A DNA stretch of 56,801 bases from Cyanobacteria bacterium P01_A01_bin.123 (GTDB lineage Bacteria; Cyanobacteriota; Cyanobacteriia; Phormidesmidales; Phormidesmidaceae): contig JBCBZT010000048.1 in assembly GCA_039815185.1 (NCBI GenBank), positions 1 through 56,801 of the forward strand, written 5' to 3'. Under the pieces are notes generated by a model. It did not search any database. It had not been told where the DNA came from and saw only the letters and a program-made list of their open reading frames with translations. This document shows, piece after piece, positions 46,880 to 56,097 of the stretch. The translations under genes and the position numbers were made by a program. Every line of letters starts with the position of its first letter. Positions within the stretch are counted from its first letter, which is position 1.

Positions 46880-47662
46880 TTAGCTATATTGGTTTCGACC
46901 CGCCATCACACCCCCGTCAACATCCCAAATCGCTCCGGTAACCCAAGTGGCTTTATTAGAGAGTAAAAAGGCGATCGCTTCTGCAACATCTTCGGGTGCC
47001 CCAACTCGACCGATGGGATGGAAAGTGTTGAAGCCTTGCAATGCGTCGTGAACCGCTGCTTTGGGGATGAACCCTTCGTAAATTGGGGTTTCAACGACGG
47101 CTGGAGAGACTGCATTCACGCGGATATTCTTATCTGCAAGCTCCATGGCCAGATGCTGGGTTAGAGAATGCAATCCTGCTTTAGCCATCGAGTAAGCCGA
47201 TGAGGGCGTCGCCTGAATTGCTTGCTTGGCCCACATGGAACCCACATTTACAATGGCTCCGTGAGCATTTTGATTGATGATGTTCTGGGCGATCGCCTGG
47301 GTAATAAAGAACGTGGCTTTGTTGAGGTCTAGGTAGAGATCATAGTCTGCTTCCGTATATTCCAAGAACGGCTTGGGCAGGAAGACCCCGGCTGAGTTCA
47401 CCAACAATGTGGCATCTACATAGGCTTGATTGATCCGCTCAATTAGGGCTTGACATTCCTCAGGCCTAGAAATGTCAACTCGCTCTCCCACAACAGAACC
47501 GTAACCTTTCAGTTCATCAATGGCTGCCTGCAACTTTTCTTCGCGACGCCCAATTAAAATAGCTGAACCGCCATTTTCGAGAACAATTCGGGCCACAGCT
47601 TTGCCCATACCACTGGTGCCACCGATAACGATAAGTTTCTGACCGGCAAATAATTGAGACAT
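46880..47662 (-). CDS. SDR family oxidoreductase
   Basis: [25 protein letters not shown]. Confidence 0.92.
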   Translation of the reverse strand: MSQLFAGQKLIVIGGTSGMGKAVARIVLENGGSAILIGRREEKLQAAIDELKGYGSVVGERVDISRPEECQALIERINQAYVDATLLVNSAGVFLPKPFLEYTEADYDLYLDLNKATFFITQAIAQNIINQNAHGAIVNVGSMWAKQAIQATPSSAYSMAKAGLHSLTQHLAMELADKNIRVNAVSPAVVETPIYEGFIPKAAVHDALQGFNTFHPIGRVGAPEDVAEAIAFLLSNKATWVTGAIWDVDGGVMAGRNQYS

Positions 47663-47701
47663 GATGACCTCTTTTGGGGAATTAGTAGTGGATCAATAAA
47701 C

Positions 47702-47717
47702 TATCTACTAGAAGGTA
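47702..47717. promoter_or_regulatory. TetR operator upstream of SDR
   Basis: TATCTACTAGAAGGTA, 2 mismatches from palindrome TACCTACTAGTAGGTA; second copy at 48324. Confidence 0.7.
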
Positions 47718-47735
47718 GATGTTAGAACAAAAAAA

Positions 47736-48311
47736 TTAACTGCCAGAAAATCTAGCTGTTAGCAATGGATAAACAATCTGCTCAAACGTGGCGGTGCTAT
47801 CCGCTGAGGAGCGGGCCAACAACTGTGCGCCTTGGAGCATCGCAATGACCCCTTTTGCTTCCTGTCCAACCGAGGGTTGACAGTCCCAAAGTTGGGCATC
47901 ACATCCCTGCTGGAGCAGGTTTGTCAGCCAGGCTTCGGTTTCTTGAAAGAAGATTTTGATCTCATCTTGAACTGGCTGGGGTAATACGGCAAAATCTGCA
48001 GCCAACATGGCACACAAACAAATTTGATTGTGTGCCAAACTATCCCGGTAGAGATGGGCAAATTGGATCATCTGTTGGTCAAGGCTGGCGGTAGATTTCG
48101 CGATGCGATCGCAGGCTCGAGCCATGCCTGCTCGATATCGCTTCACCAGTTCCCTGACCAATTCATCCTTTGCAGGAAAGTGGTAGTGAATGCTGGCTTT
48201 GCGAATCCCAACTTGCTTTGAGATATCGGCGTAACTAAAGGCGCTGTAGCCCCGGTTCCGCACCATATCTTGAGCAACATCTAATATTTGTTGAGCAGTA
48301 TTGTTTTCCAT
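47736..48311 (-). CDS. TetR/AcrR family regulator (NemR-like)
   Basis: ILDVA......GY..FSYADI...VGIRKASIHYHFP.K; CLC motif. Confidence 0.92.
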   Translation of the reverse strand: MENNTAQQILDVAQDMVRNRGYSAFSYADISKQVGIRKASIHYHFPAKDELVRELVKRYRAGMARACDRIAKSTASLDQQMIQFAHLYRDSLAHNQICLCAMLAADFAVLPQPVQDEIKIFFQETEAWLTNLLQQGCDAQLWDCQPSVGQEAKGVIAMLQGAQLLARSSADSTATFEQIVYPLLTARFSGS

Positions 48312-48323
48312 AGCTCAAGTATC

Positions 48324-48339
48324 TACCATCTAGTAGGTA
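48324..48339. promoter_or_regulatory. TetR autoregulatory operator
   Basis: TACCATCTAGTAGGTA, 12 bp upstream of the tetR ATG; matches 47702-47717. Confidence 0.7.
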
Positions 48340-48617
48340 GATGTCAAGAAGTAGAATTGCTATAGATCAGGATCGGCTACCTACAAAAGGTGAGTCCCTC
48401 AGCGCTTGCGTCTAGAGCTGCATGGGATTGTCTCAATTTTAGACCAAGCAGTCGAGTATTGAGTCTAAATTTGGTCTTTTTGAGTCTATAAGTGAGACAT
48501 CGCGGATCTGTTCTGCAGCGTTTCAAATTTCCCTCTCCCGTTGCTAGCCTGTTGAAACGCACCACAGCAGTAGGCGACGGCATCGAGCGCTCGACTGGAG
48601 GTGGAGCATTCTGTCAG

Positions 48618-48920
48618 CTAGGGTAGGGAGAAGAAAACCTCCTTTCCCTTCATCCTGAGGGCTTCTATGGCAAATCGATCAAGGTTGTCTCCTGTGGCTT
48701 GAGCCTCGAATCCAGAAAACCAGTGTTCGAAATCCGTCAGTGCTTCAGGAGAAAATCGAGCTATCTTTCCCTTTACTCTTAAAGCCTCAGTAGCAAACTG
48801 ATCGAGCCTATCGGCTGCTGAAGCCTGAGCCTCAAACTCGGCAAACCAGCGTCGGAATTCTGTCAGTTCCTGGGGCGAGAATCGTTCAATAGCCTGCTGG
48901 ACATCCTCAAGGGCAGTCAT
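48618..48920 (-). CDS. small protein with internal duplication, antitoxin-like
   Basis: RFSPQELTEFRRWFAEFEAQA..DRLDQFATEALRVKGK and RFSPEALTDFEHWFSGFEAQA.DNLDRFAIEALRMKGK. Confidence 0.7.
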   Translation of the reverse strand: MTALEDVQQAIERFSPQELTEFRRWFAEFEAQASAADRLDQFATEALRVKGKIARFSPEALTDFEHWFSGFEAQATGDNLDRFAIEALRMKGKEVFFSLP

Positions 48921-49181
48921 GGTGGGTTCTTATAGTTTGTTCTCATATTCAAGGTAGCTGAAGTAGACAAATCATTGTGTGAAATTTCTGCCTGTATTAA
49001 GTCTCGCGACAAGATATTGTGGAAGTGAATTTATGGTCACCCCATTTCCATCGGGATGATCACAGTATCGAGGATCGTTGAGAAGCTCAGGATGCGAGCA
49101 ACTTATCTAGCAGTCGATGCCCTAACCGTCATTGACTGCTGCCCTATGGGCGTATAAATCACCGCAGGTAATCAAATCAAA

Positions 49182-49925
49182 ATGAAATTGTTTGCGCACT
49201 GGGGTACTCAGATCACCTTAATGGCAACGGTGCTGATTGGCACATTGGGGATGGGCTCCCCCCCTTCCCTAGCGCTGCCAGAGGAAGAGGTTTTACAAAA
49301 GCTGGCCCCTGTGATTGTCTTTATGGTGACCAATAATGAGGGTGCCCCCGTAATTGTGTCGGTGCCGGTGGAAGGTGATGAGCCCGCAGAAGTTGCAGGG
49401 GCATTCATGAGTCGGAGCGATGCTGAGTCATTGGCTACCCAGCTACGCCAGGAAAGCCCGAACATTGCTGACCAGGTGCAAATTACGCCAACGTCCTTAG
49501 CAGAGGTGTATCAACTAGAGTTTGCAAGCGAGGGGCAAGACAACGATATTGACTTTGTCTTCATTCCGGTGCAGGAGCAGGTTGTCAATGCCGGAGATTT
49601 ACTCGGAGGAGATGAGCTGCGAGGTGTACCGCTCTTTGTCGCTCGTGGGGGGCCAAACCGGGGATACTTAACTATTGAGCAAGAAAATAGACCGCAAGCG
49701 GTCCCCTTTTACTTTGAGTATGAACAGGCCCAGGCGCTAGCCGATAGGTTTAAGGCTGCTAACCCAGAGCTGGCAGACACGGTTGTTATTCAGGTATTGC
49801 TGTTAGAGGGAATAATCAACACCCTGCGAACTGAGGACGACCCACAGCTTTCAAATATTGTGCTGGTGCCTAGTCAAGAGAGCCTTGGATATCTCCAGCA
49901 AATTCGGCAGCAACAACAGCAATAA
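49182..49925 (+). CDS. Tic22 family periplasmic protein (copy 2)
   Basis: Colinear paralog of 36690-37433, both 247 aa, both with a poly-Gln tail. Confidence 0.85.
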   Translation: MKLFAHWGTQITLMATVLIGTLGMGSPPSLALPEEEVLQKLAPVIVFMVTNNEGAPVIVSVPVEGDEPAEVAGAFMSRSDAESLATQLRQESPNIADQVQITPTSLAEVYQLEFASEGQDNDIDFVFIPVQEQVVNAGDLLGGDELRGVPLFVARGGPNRGYLTIEQENRPQAVPFYFEYEQAQALADRFKAANPELADTVVIQVLLLEGIINTLRTEDDPQLSNIVLVPSQESLGYLQQIRQQQQQ

Positions 49926-49943
49926 GCCCCTCAACCTAACCCG

Positions 49944-50306
49944 TTACTGCCCACTGACGTACTGTCCTGGCGTAACCCTCACAAACCGCTTAAAGTGACG
50001 GGTAAAGTGGCTCTGGTCAGCAAAGCCCGTATCGATCGCCACATCCGCGATCGCTTGTCCGTAGCGATCGCCATCTACTGTCCCACCCCAGTGGACCTGT
50101 CCTGGATTAATCACCAATACATCGCCAGGTTTGAGGAAATGATCGCCCGCTTCCGTCCGGTAGGCCAACCGTCCCTGGTCTACGACAGCCAGCCCAAATC
50201 CAGTGTGAATATGGCGATCAAAGGCATGGTTAATACCTACGGCTTTCAGGCATTCAACATCATTCAACGCTTGTACGCGCCAGAGTTTTGCCTGGGATTT
50301 GGCCAT
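49944..50306 (-). pseudogene. AraC family regulator with large in-frame internal deletion
   Basis: AraC ligand-binding start (FDRHIH..F, INPGQVH.G) joined directly to the last HTH (IADVAIDTGFADQSHFTRHFKR); 120 aa only. Confidence 0.75.
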
Positions 50307-50500
50307 ATGCAGCGTTCCTCAGCTTGCTTGAAGTTTCAATATATAGCGGTGTGCAGGTTAAGCACAATAGCAGCAGTGGGTAAACCAGTGACGGACATCC
50401 GGCAAGGTAATGAGGCTCAGTCCCTGAGTGATCGCCGTGTATTGTTTCAAAACTCAAACCGTATAACGATGCGATTGGATCTTGAGGGAAGTTTGACCGT

Positions 50501-50525
50501 ACGCTCAGCCCTCTAAGCTGAGCGT
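50501..50525 (+). terminator. hairpin, possible terminator
   Basis: ACGCTCAGC-CCTCTAA-GCTGAGCGT followed by TCTTT. Confidence 0.4.
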
Positions 50526-50857
50526 TCTTTGGCCTAAACCCATACAGCTGCTATATCATGTGTCAAGTTGTGGGAGCCTCCTGGGAGGCCAAACGGATCT
50601 GCCAGATAGAGCCGATGAAATAAGGGAGCAAGGGGTGCAAAATTTAGTCCAATTTCAGTCCAGGTTAAATAACTTCTCGCTCAAACCATCTGCCTGATTG
50701 AATTTAATGGGATTGAGTATTTGCTCGATACGCAACTAATCAATAGCAGTAAGACTGCCCAAAGGAATCCCACTCCAGTCACTCGGACGCTAGATAAAGC
50801 AGGCAGTACTCCGTCTGATGGCTTCATTGTTGCTCAGGCGACTCGATGTCTGAGCCC

Positions 50858-51736
50858 TTAGCCTCTGAAGGTTTTGGGCGCTACCCCTATCACTTTGCGA
50901 AATTGCTTGCTGAGGTGGCTGTGACTGTTGAATCCGCACTCCAGGGCAATATCGATGATGGCTTCATCACTGTGTTTAAGCAGGTGTTTAGCACGTTCTA
51001 ATCTTTGCTGAATCACGTATTGATGGGGCGAAATTCCCATGGACTGCTTGAACATGCGCCCAAAATGGAACGGACTCATGTTCAGTAATCCGGCTAGATC
51101 AGCCAGCTTGATTTCCCCGGCCAAACCGGCATCGATGTAGTCTAATACCTGATTCAGCTGATACGTCGGTAACCCACCTTCATAAGTTGGCAACTGGGCT
51201 GAGGTCGTCCCATAGTTGCGCAGCAGCTGCACCGCCAGCACATTTGCCAGTGAGTCTAAATACAGCCCGCCGCTGAGTTGACGCTGCTGCACCTCTGCCA
51301 ATAACAGTGTAGAGATCGCTTCAAGCTGTTGCTGGCGACTTTGAAAAGTCGGTACCAAGGTGAGGCGATCGCCATTCTTTCCCAGGGTTTCCTCTGCGAC
51401 TCGCTTCAGGAATGATGCTGGTAGCTGAATCATTAGGCAATTTTCATCCCCCTCCCATCGCGCAAAAAGCTGTGTGTTAGCAGGGGTGATCAACATATCG
51501 CCATGGCGATATAGACCGGTATGGGTTTTCCCATCCTGAGCGTGCAGGTAATGCAGGGGGCGCGACTTCAGATTCACAAACAGGGTGTGGGTCGCCTCAG
51601 CATGAAAGTCCGCTTCACCTGGAGGAAATACAAGATTTTCAACCTGAATTGTCTCTGTCTCCAGGACTAGAGCTGACTCACTTGGATGTGGGTCTTCAGG
51701 AAATGCATCGGCTGACTGGGATTGTTCAAGAGCCAT
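50858..51736 (-). CDS. AraC family transcriptional regulator
   Basis: LADLA.LLNMSPFHF.RMFKQS.G.SPHQYV...IALECGFNSHSHL. Confidence 0.93.
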   Translation of the reverse strand: MALEQSQSADAFPEDPHPSESALVLETETIQVENLVFPPGEADFHAEATHTLFVNLKSRPLHYLHAQDGKTHTGLYRHGDMLITPANTQLFARWEGDENCLMIQLPASFLKRVAEETLGKNGDRLTLVPTFQSRQQQLEAISTLLLAEVQQRQLSGGLYLDSLANVLAVQLLRNYGTTSAQLPTYEGGLPTYQLNQVLDYIDAGLAGEIKLADLAGLLNMSPFHFGRMFKQSMGISPHQYVIQQRLERAKHLLKHSDEAIIDIALECGFNSHSHLSKQFRKVIGVAPKTFRG

Positions 51737-51864
51737 AGGTTCAAGGCATAGGCACGTTGCTGATAGCGAGACCCTGTCAGCACCTTACATGTACATCTTG
51801 GACTTTTCTTTACACGCTGAAAATTTTCCTAATCTTAGCCGTTACCTTTCGGTCTCACAAGTCA

Positions 51865-51900
51865 CCGCAAGAAAGTGACAACCCCGCAAGAAATGGCAAG
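51865..51900 (+). promoter_or_regulatory. AraC-type direct repeat operator
   Basis: CCGCAAGAAA repeated at 51865 and 51884, upstream of -10-like TACGCT, in the divergent AraC/oxidoreductase gap. Confidence 0.6.
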
Positions 51901-51954
51901 CGCCGCCAGCTCACTCTCCGTACGCTATGAATGTCTTCATTGAGGAATCAATCC

Positions 51955-52584
51955 ATGAAACTCGTAATCTTTGGTGCAACCGGTACCGTTGGCGCTCAGG
52001 TAGTCCAACAAGCCCTTGAACAAGGACACACCGTCACGGCTTTTGCCCGCAGTCTAACCAAGCTCGATATCCAACACCCTCAACTCAGCCTTGCCCAGGG
52101 GGATGTGATGGATGCCTCGGCGGTAGAACAAGCCATCCGGGGACAAGACGCTGTGGTTTGCGTGCTGGGTTCTGGCAAAAAGTTAAAGAGCACCATTCGC
52201 TCAGAGGGTACCCAACAGATTATCCAAGCGATGGAAAAGGTCGGGGTGCGCCGATTGATTTGTCAGTCCACCTTAGGTACGGGCGATAGCTGGAGCAACC
52301 TTGACTTCTACTGGAAGTACGTCATGTTTGGCTTCATCTTGCGCCAAGTGTTTGCCGACCACGAGCGGCAGGAAGCCCTAGTACGCAACAGCAACTTGGA
52401 CTGGACCATAGTGCGGCCCAGCGCCTTTACCGATGGACCGCGTACGGGTCATTATCGCCACAGTTTCCCTAGCACCGACCGCAACATCACCCTCCAGATT
52501 TCTCGGGCAGATGTCGCAGATTTCATTCTGAAGCAACTCTTGGATCAATCATCCCTGCGCCAGACACCCAGTTTGTCGTACTAA
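51955..52584 (+). CDS. NAD(P)H-binding oxidoreductase (flavin reductase/BVR-B-like atypical SDR)
   Basis: MKLVIFGATGTVG, GH.VTAF.R, LDWTIVRP, ISRADVA. Confidence 0.9.
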   Translation: MKLVIFGATGTVGAQVVQQALEQGHTVTAFARSLTKLDIQHPQLSLAQGDVMDASAVEQAIRGQDAVVCVLGSGKKLKSTIRSEGTQQIIQAMEKVGVRRLICQSTLGTGDSWSNLDFYWKYVMFGFILRQVFADHERQEALVRNSNLDWTIVRPSAFTDGPRTGHYRHSFPSTDRNITLQISRADVADFILKQLLDQSSLRQTPSLSY

Positions 52585-52727
52585 ATTGCTCGCGGATGAA
52601 AAGCGACACGAAGGGGGATCGGCTGAGTAGCTCTTGCTCTCGCGGGTTCCCACACTGTTCACCTTGTCGATCAACCTGACACTTCGTCATTCCCAACTGC
52701 TGACGTTTCAATTAAGGAGCTTGAACC

Positions 52728-53231
52728 ATGTCAACTGAATCCACTTTCCAAATTGTTCTGATTGTGGCAACCTTGCTGTGTTCCCTCGTGGCAGGCTTTC
52801 TGTTTGCCTTTGCCACAGTCGTAATGCCGGGCATCAAAACGTTGAATGACCGAGAATTTATCCGAGCGTTTCAGGTGATTGATGGTGTCATCCAAAATAA
52901 CCAGCCGCTATTTGTAGCCGTCTGGATGGGTTCCGTGGTGGCGTCGATAGCGGCGGCTGGACTGGGCTTCGGACAACTGGATGGCACTCAGCGTCTGCTG
53001 TTGATCTCGGTTCCTCTCATTTATATTTTGGGTGTCCAATTGTCCACTTTCATGATTAACGTCCCGCTAAACAACCGACTCCAGGCGCTGAATGTCGATG
53101 CCATGGATGAAGTGGCCCTGAAGGCGGCTCGAATGGATTTCGAACCCGGTTGGAATCGATGGAACTTAGTCAGAACGCCTTTTGCTGGCTTGGCATCTGT
53201 CTTGTTCATGATTCTACTCTTCAGACTTTGA
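52728..53231 (+). CDS. DUF1772 / anthrone-oxygenase-like membrane protein
   Basis: L.AG..FAF...VMPG, NVPLNN.L, W..WN.VRT; RBS AAGGAG. Confidence 0.85.
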   Translation: MSTESTFQIVLIVATLLCSLVAGFLFAFATVVMPGIKTLNDREFIRAFQVIDGVIQNNQPLFVAVWMGSVVASIAAAGLGFGQLDGTQRLLLISVPLIYILGVQLSTFMINVPLNNRLQALNVDAMDEVALKAARMDFEPGWNRWNLVRTPFAGLASVLFMILLFRL

Positions 53232-53509
53232 AGAGCACCTAGTTAGGCTGCTACATGCAGCAATCAGTCCATATCTTTTAGGGCTGCGCACTAGGTGGTT
53301 TCAATGCTTGCAGAAATTGTTTGGCCAACTTATGGTTCCAAGGCTGGCCAACTTATAGTGCCATTTACACTTATAGTTCTAGAAAGTCATGAATCTTGCT
53401 GGGTGTTGGCTGGGCGGCGATCGCGCTTGATAGGATGGACTACGATTAGAAGCTGTTATGCAGGCTCATTGTTGATGGTGCGTGATTTAACAGCTACCCA
53501 AAGGGAAGG

Positions 53510-54994
53510 GTGATGCAGTTTCCCAGGATATCTTATCAAACTTGGATTATGCGCGTGATTCAACGGCTTAATCACGCTCGATGGCAGCCATTTGTTGCCG
53601 AAACCCGCAATCAAATCTTGCTGTGCTATATCGGTTTGATGGTGCTTTTTGTGGGTGTGGCTTTGCCCTGCATCTACTACATTCTGTTTCGTGAAGTCGA
53701 TCGCCGCGTAGAGGTTGATTTAATTGATGAAGTCCGAGAATTTCAGGACGCCCTACGCGAACAGCCACTCCAAACGGTACCCCAAATGCAGCGTCTCATG
53801 GTGGACTACATCAGGGATGAACTGGTTGAAGATGATCAGTATTTGATTTTCATGGTTAACGGGCAACCCTATGCCTTTGAACCAGACCCATTGCCGATCG
53901 TCATGCAGGCTGGCTCACCCCTGATGGAAGAATGGCGTCTGCTTGAGCAGCAAACTCAAGGAGATTGGATGACGACCGATCCACAAATGGGTAAGTTGCT
54001 GTATGCAGTAGAACCGATTTTGGTCGATGGGCAAGTCAGGGGCCTGTTTATCATTGCCCGTTCGACCTCGGCAGAACGGGCTGAAATTGATCGCATTGTC
54101 CGGACTGTCTTGTTGATTATGCTGGCGCTGTTGCTGCTCGCCGCTTCGGTAGCTTGGTGGTTGTCAGCTCGGATACTGCGGCCGTTGCGATCGCTGTCTT
54201 CCACTGCCCGTAGTATCAGCGAGACTGACCTATCGCAGCGCATCCCGGTTAGAGGTACGGGTGAGTTGGCAGAGGTGGCGACCACATTTAATGACATGAT
54301 GGATCGACTCCAGTTGGCCTTTACCAGTCAGCAAGACTTTATTCGGGATGCCAGTCACGAATTGCGGACACCTATCACCATCGTCCAAGGCCATTTAGAA
54401 CTGATGGGCGACGATCCAGAAGAACAGCGGGAAGTTCTGGAACTGGTGCTTGATGAGTTAGATCGGATGAACCGTTTTGTCAAAGATATGTTGATGCTGG
54501 CCAAAGCAGACCGACCAGACTTTATTGAGCCAGAAGCTTTAGATTTAGAGAAGTTGACGGGTGAAATCTATGACAAGGCAAAAGTCATCACCCAATGTCA
54601 TTGCAAACTTAGTCAGTCTGGACATGGAACAGTTTGGCTCGATCGCCAACGGATTACCCAAGCCATGGTCAATCTGGTCGAAAATGCCAATCAGCATACC
54701 CCTAAAGCAGGGCAGATTACCCTAGGTTCTTCGCGTAACCACCAGTATGTCCGGTTTTGGGTAACCGATACTGGGAAAGGAATTAGTCCCCAGGATCAAA
54801 CCCGGATCTTTGAGCGATTTGCCAGAGTAACCAGCGAATTCCGCCAGTCAGAAGGGGCTGGTTTGGGGTTACCGATTGTACATGCGATCGCGCAGGCGTC
54901 GGGCGGACGGGTTGAACTGCAAAGTGCATTGGGTCAAGGGTCAACCTTCATGCTAGTCTTTCCCTTGCGATCGCTACGCGCTTCAAAACCATAA
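53510..54994 (+). CDS. sensor histidine kinase (2 TM, HAMP, HisKA, HATPase)
   Basis: DASHELRTPIT, NLVENA, DTGKGI, GAGLGL. Confidence 0.93.
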   Translation: MMQFPRISYQTWIMRVIQRLNHARWQPFVAETRNQILLCYIGLMVLFVGVALPCIYYILFREVDRRVEVDLIDEVREFQDALREQPLQTVPQMQRLMVDYIRDELVEDDQYLIFMVNGQPYAFEPDPLPIVMQAGSPLMEEWRLLEQQTQGDWMTTDPQMGKLLYAVEPILVDGQVRGLFIIARSTSAERAEIDRIVRTVLLIMLALLLLAASVAWWLSARILRPLRSLSSTARSISETDLSQRIPVRGTGELAEVATTFNDMMDRLQLAFTSQQDFIRDASHELRTPITIVQGHLELMGDDPEEQREVLELVLDELDRMNRFVKDMLMLAKADRPDFIEPEALDLEKLTGEIYDKAKVITQCHCKLSQSGHGTVWLDRQRITQAMVNLVENANQHTPKAGQITLGSSRNHQYVRFWVTDTGKGISPQDQTRIFERFARVTSEFRQSEGAGLGLPIVHAIAQASGGRVELQSALGQGSTFMLVFPLRSLRASKP

Positions 54995-55202
54995 GCAGTC
55001 TACTACAACTGAGCAATGTTCTTACTCCACGCCATTGGGGCAAAGGCATCATCAAGCTTGGGTCTGACGATAGGAGTGGTGTAGTTGGAGCCATGGTTGC
55101 CATGAGATTCGGTATGAAGCCGAGTTTTTTCTTGGCAGCTTTCAGGATGGATTTAGAAGCTTCCGGTGCGCTTTCAATTGTGTGTATTGTAAAAGTTGTC
55201 AC
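54948..55202 (-). pseudogene. truncated CMD/AhpD-family gene (N-terminal ~38 aa only)
   Basis: RBS AAGGAG plus MTTFTIHTIESAPEASKSILKAAKKKLGFIPNLMATMA, then unrelated sequence and no CxxC region. Confidence 0.7.
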
Positions 55203-55279
55203 AGGTGTCTCCTTTGTTGGGAATAAAGTTGTTGTTGTCTTCTGGTTCTAACGATTGGATTCGCTGCAGGAGCTGAAAA

Positions 55280-56002
55280 TCAAAAGGAAGCAAAGTTCTG
55301 TTCCAGCTTCTTAGGCGAACTGAGGAAGAGCGGTCCTGTTTGTTGCGACATAGCGTCCGGGAAAATTTCCTCAACGCCGTTCTCGATGTCTTTCAGGATC
55401 TTTTCAGCAACCACCGGAGCTGGTGTCAGCTCCATATCGTAGCCTTCCGTCATGCGCGTCGCCACTGGACCGGGGTAAACGCCATGTACCGAGATGCCGT
55501 CGGCCTTCAACTCGCTGCGTATCGACTGCGTCATTGAATGGACAGCAGCCTTCGACGCGGAATACCCACCTAAACTCGGCATGGCCGCGAGGCTAGCGAT
55601 GCTCGCAACATTCACGATTGCGGCTGAGCTTTCTTTCTGGAGTGCGGGTAGCAGCACCTTGGTGACTGCGAGTGTTCCAAAGAAGTTGGTCTCGATGTCA
55701 TTACGCAATTGCTCTTCAGTGTCCTCCAGCAAACTAAGGGCGCTCATGATGCCCGCATTGTTGATGAGGATATTCAGTGAGGGCACTGATTGAGCAAGCT
55801 GCGCAATCGTCGCCGGAGCGCCGAGGTCGAGATGAACAGGAACTACCCGTTCACCCAACTCATTAAGCATCGAGCGGTTGTTCTCTGAACGATAAGTCGC
55901 GTAGACCTTAGCGGCTCCTTTTTCCAGCGACTTCTCGACTAAAGCGAGACCGATCCCGCGATTGGCACCGGTAACAAGAATTGTGCTATCTAAGATTTTC
56001 AT
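55280..56002 (-). CDS. SDR family oxidoreductase
   Basis: TGANRGIG, INNAG, YSASK. Confidence 0.92.
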   Translation of the reverse strand: MKILDSTILVTGANRGIGLALVEKSLEKGAAKVYATYRSENNRSMLNELGERVVPVHLDLGAPATIAQLAQSVPSLNILINNAGIMSALSLLEDTEEQLRNDIETNFFGTLAVTKVLLPALQKESSAAIVNVASIASLAAMPSLGGYSASKAAVHSMTQSIRSELKADGISVHGVYPGPVATRMTEGYDMELTPAPVVAEKILKDIENGVEEIFPDAMSQQTGPLFLSSPKKLEQNFASF

Positions 56003-56097
56003 TGGTTCTTTCCTTTATGTTGACTGTTACTGAATCATCGAGACATCGGGACGACTTCGTTGTTGCGAACAACGTGTTATTTTCTGGTTCTAGAAAA

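Larger units (their letters stand above)
400..54974. repeat. HIP1 octamer GCGATCGC dispersed through window
   Basis: Dozens of copies (e.g. 400-407, 35990-35997, 50047-50054, 54967-54974); hallmark of cyanobacterial genomes. Confidence 0.95.
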
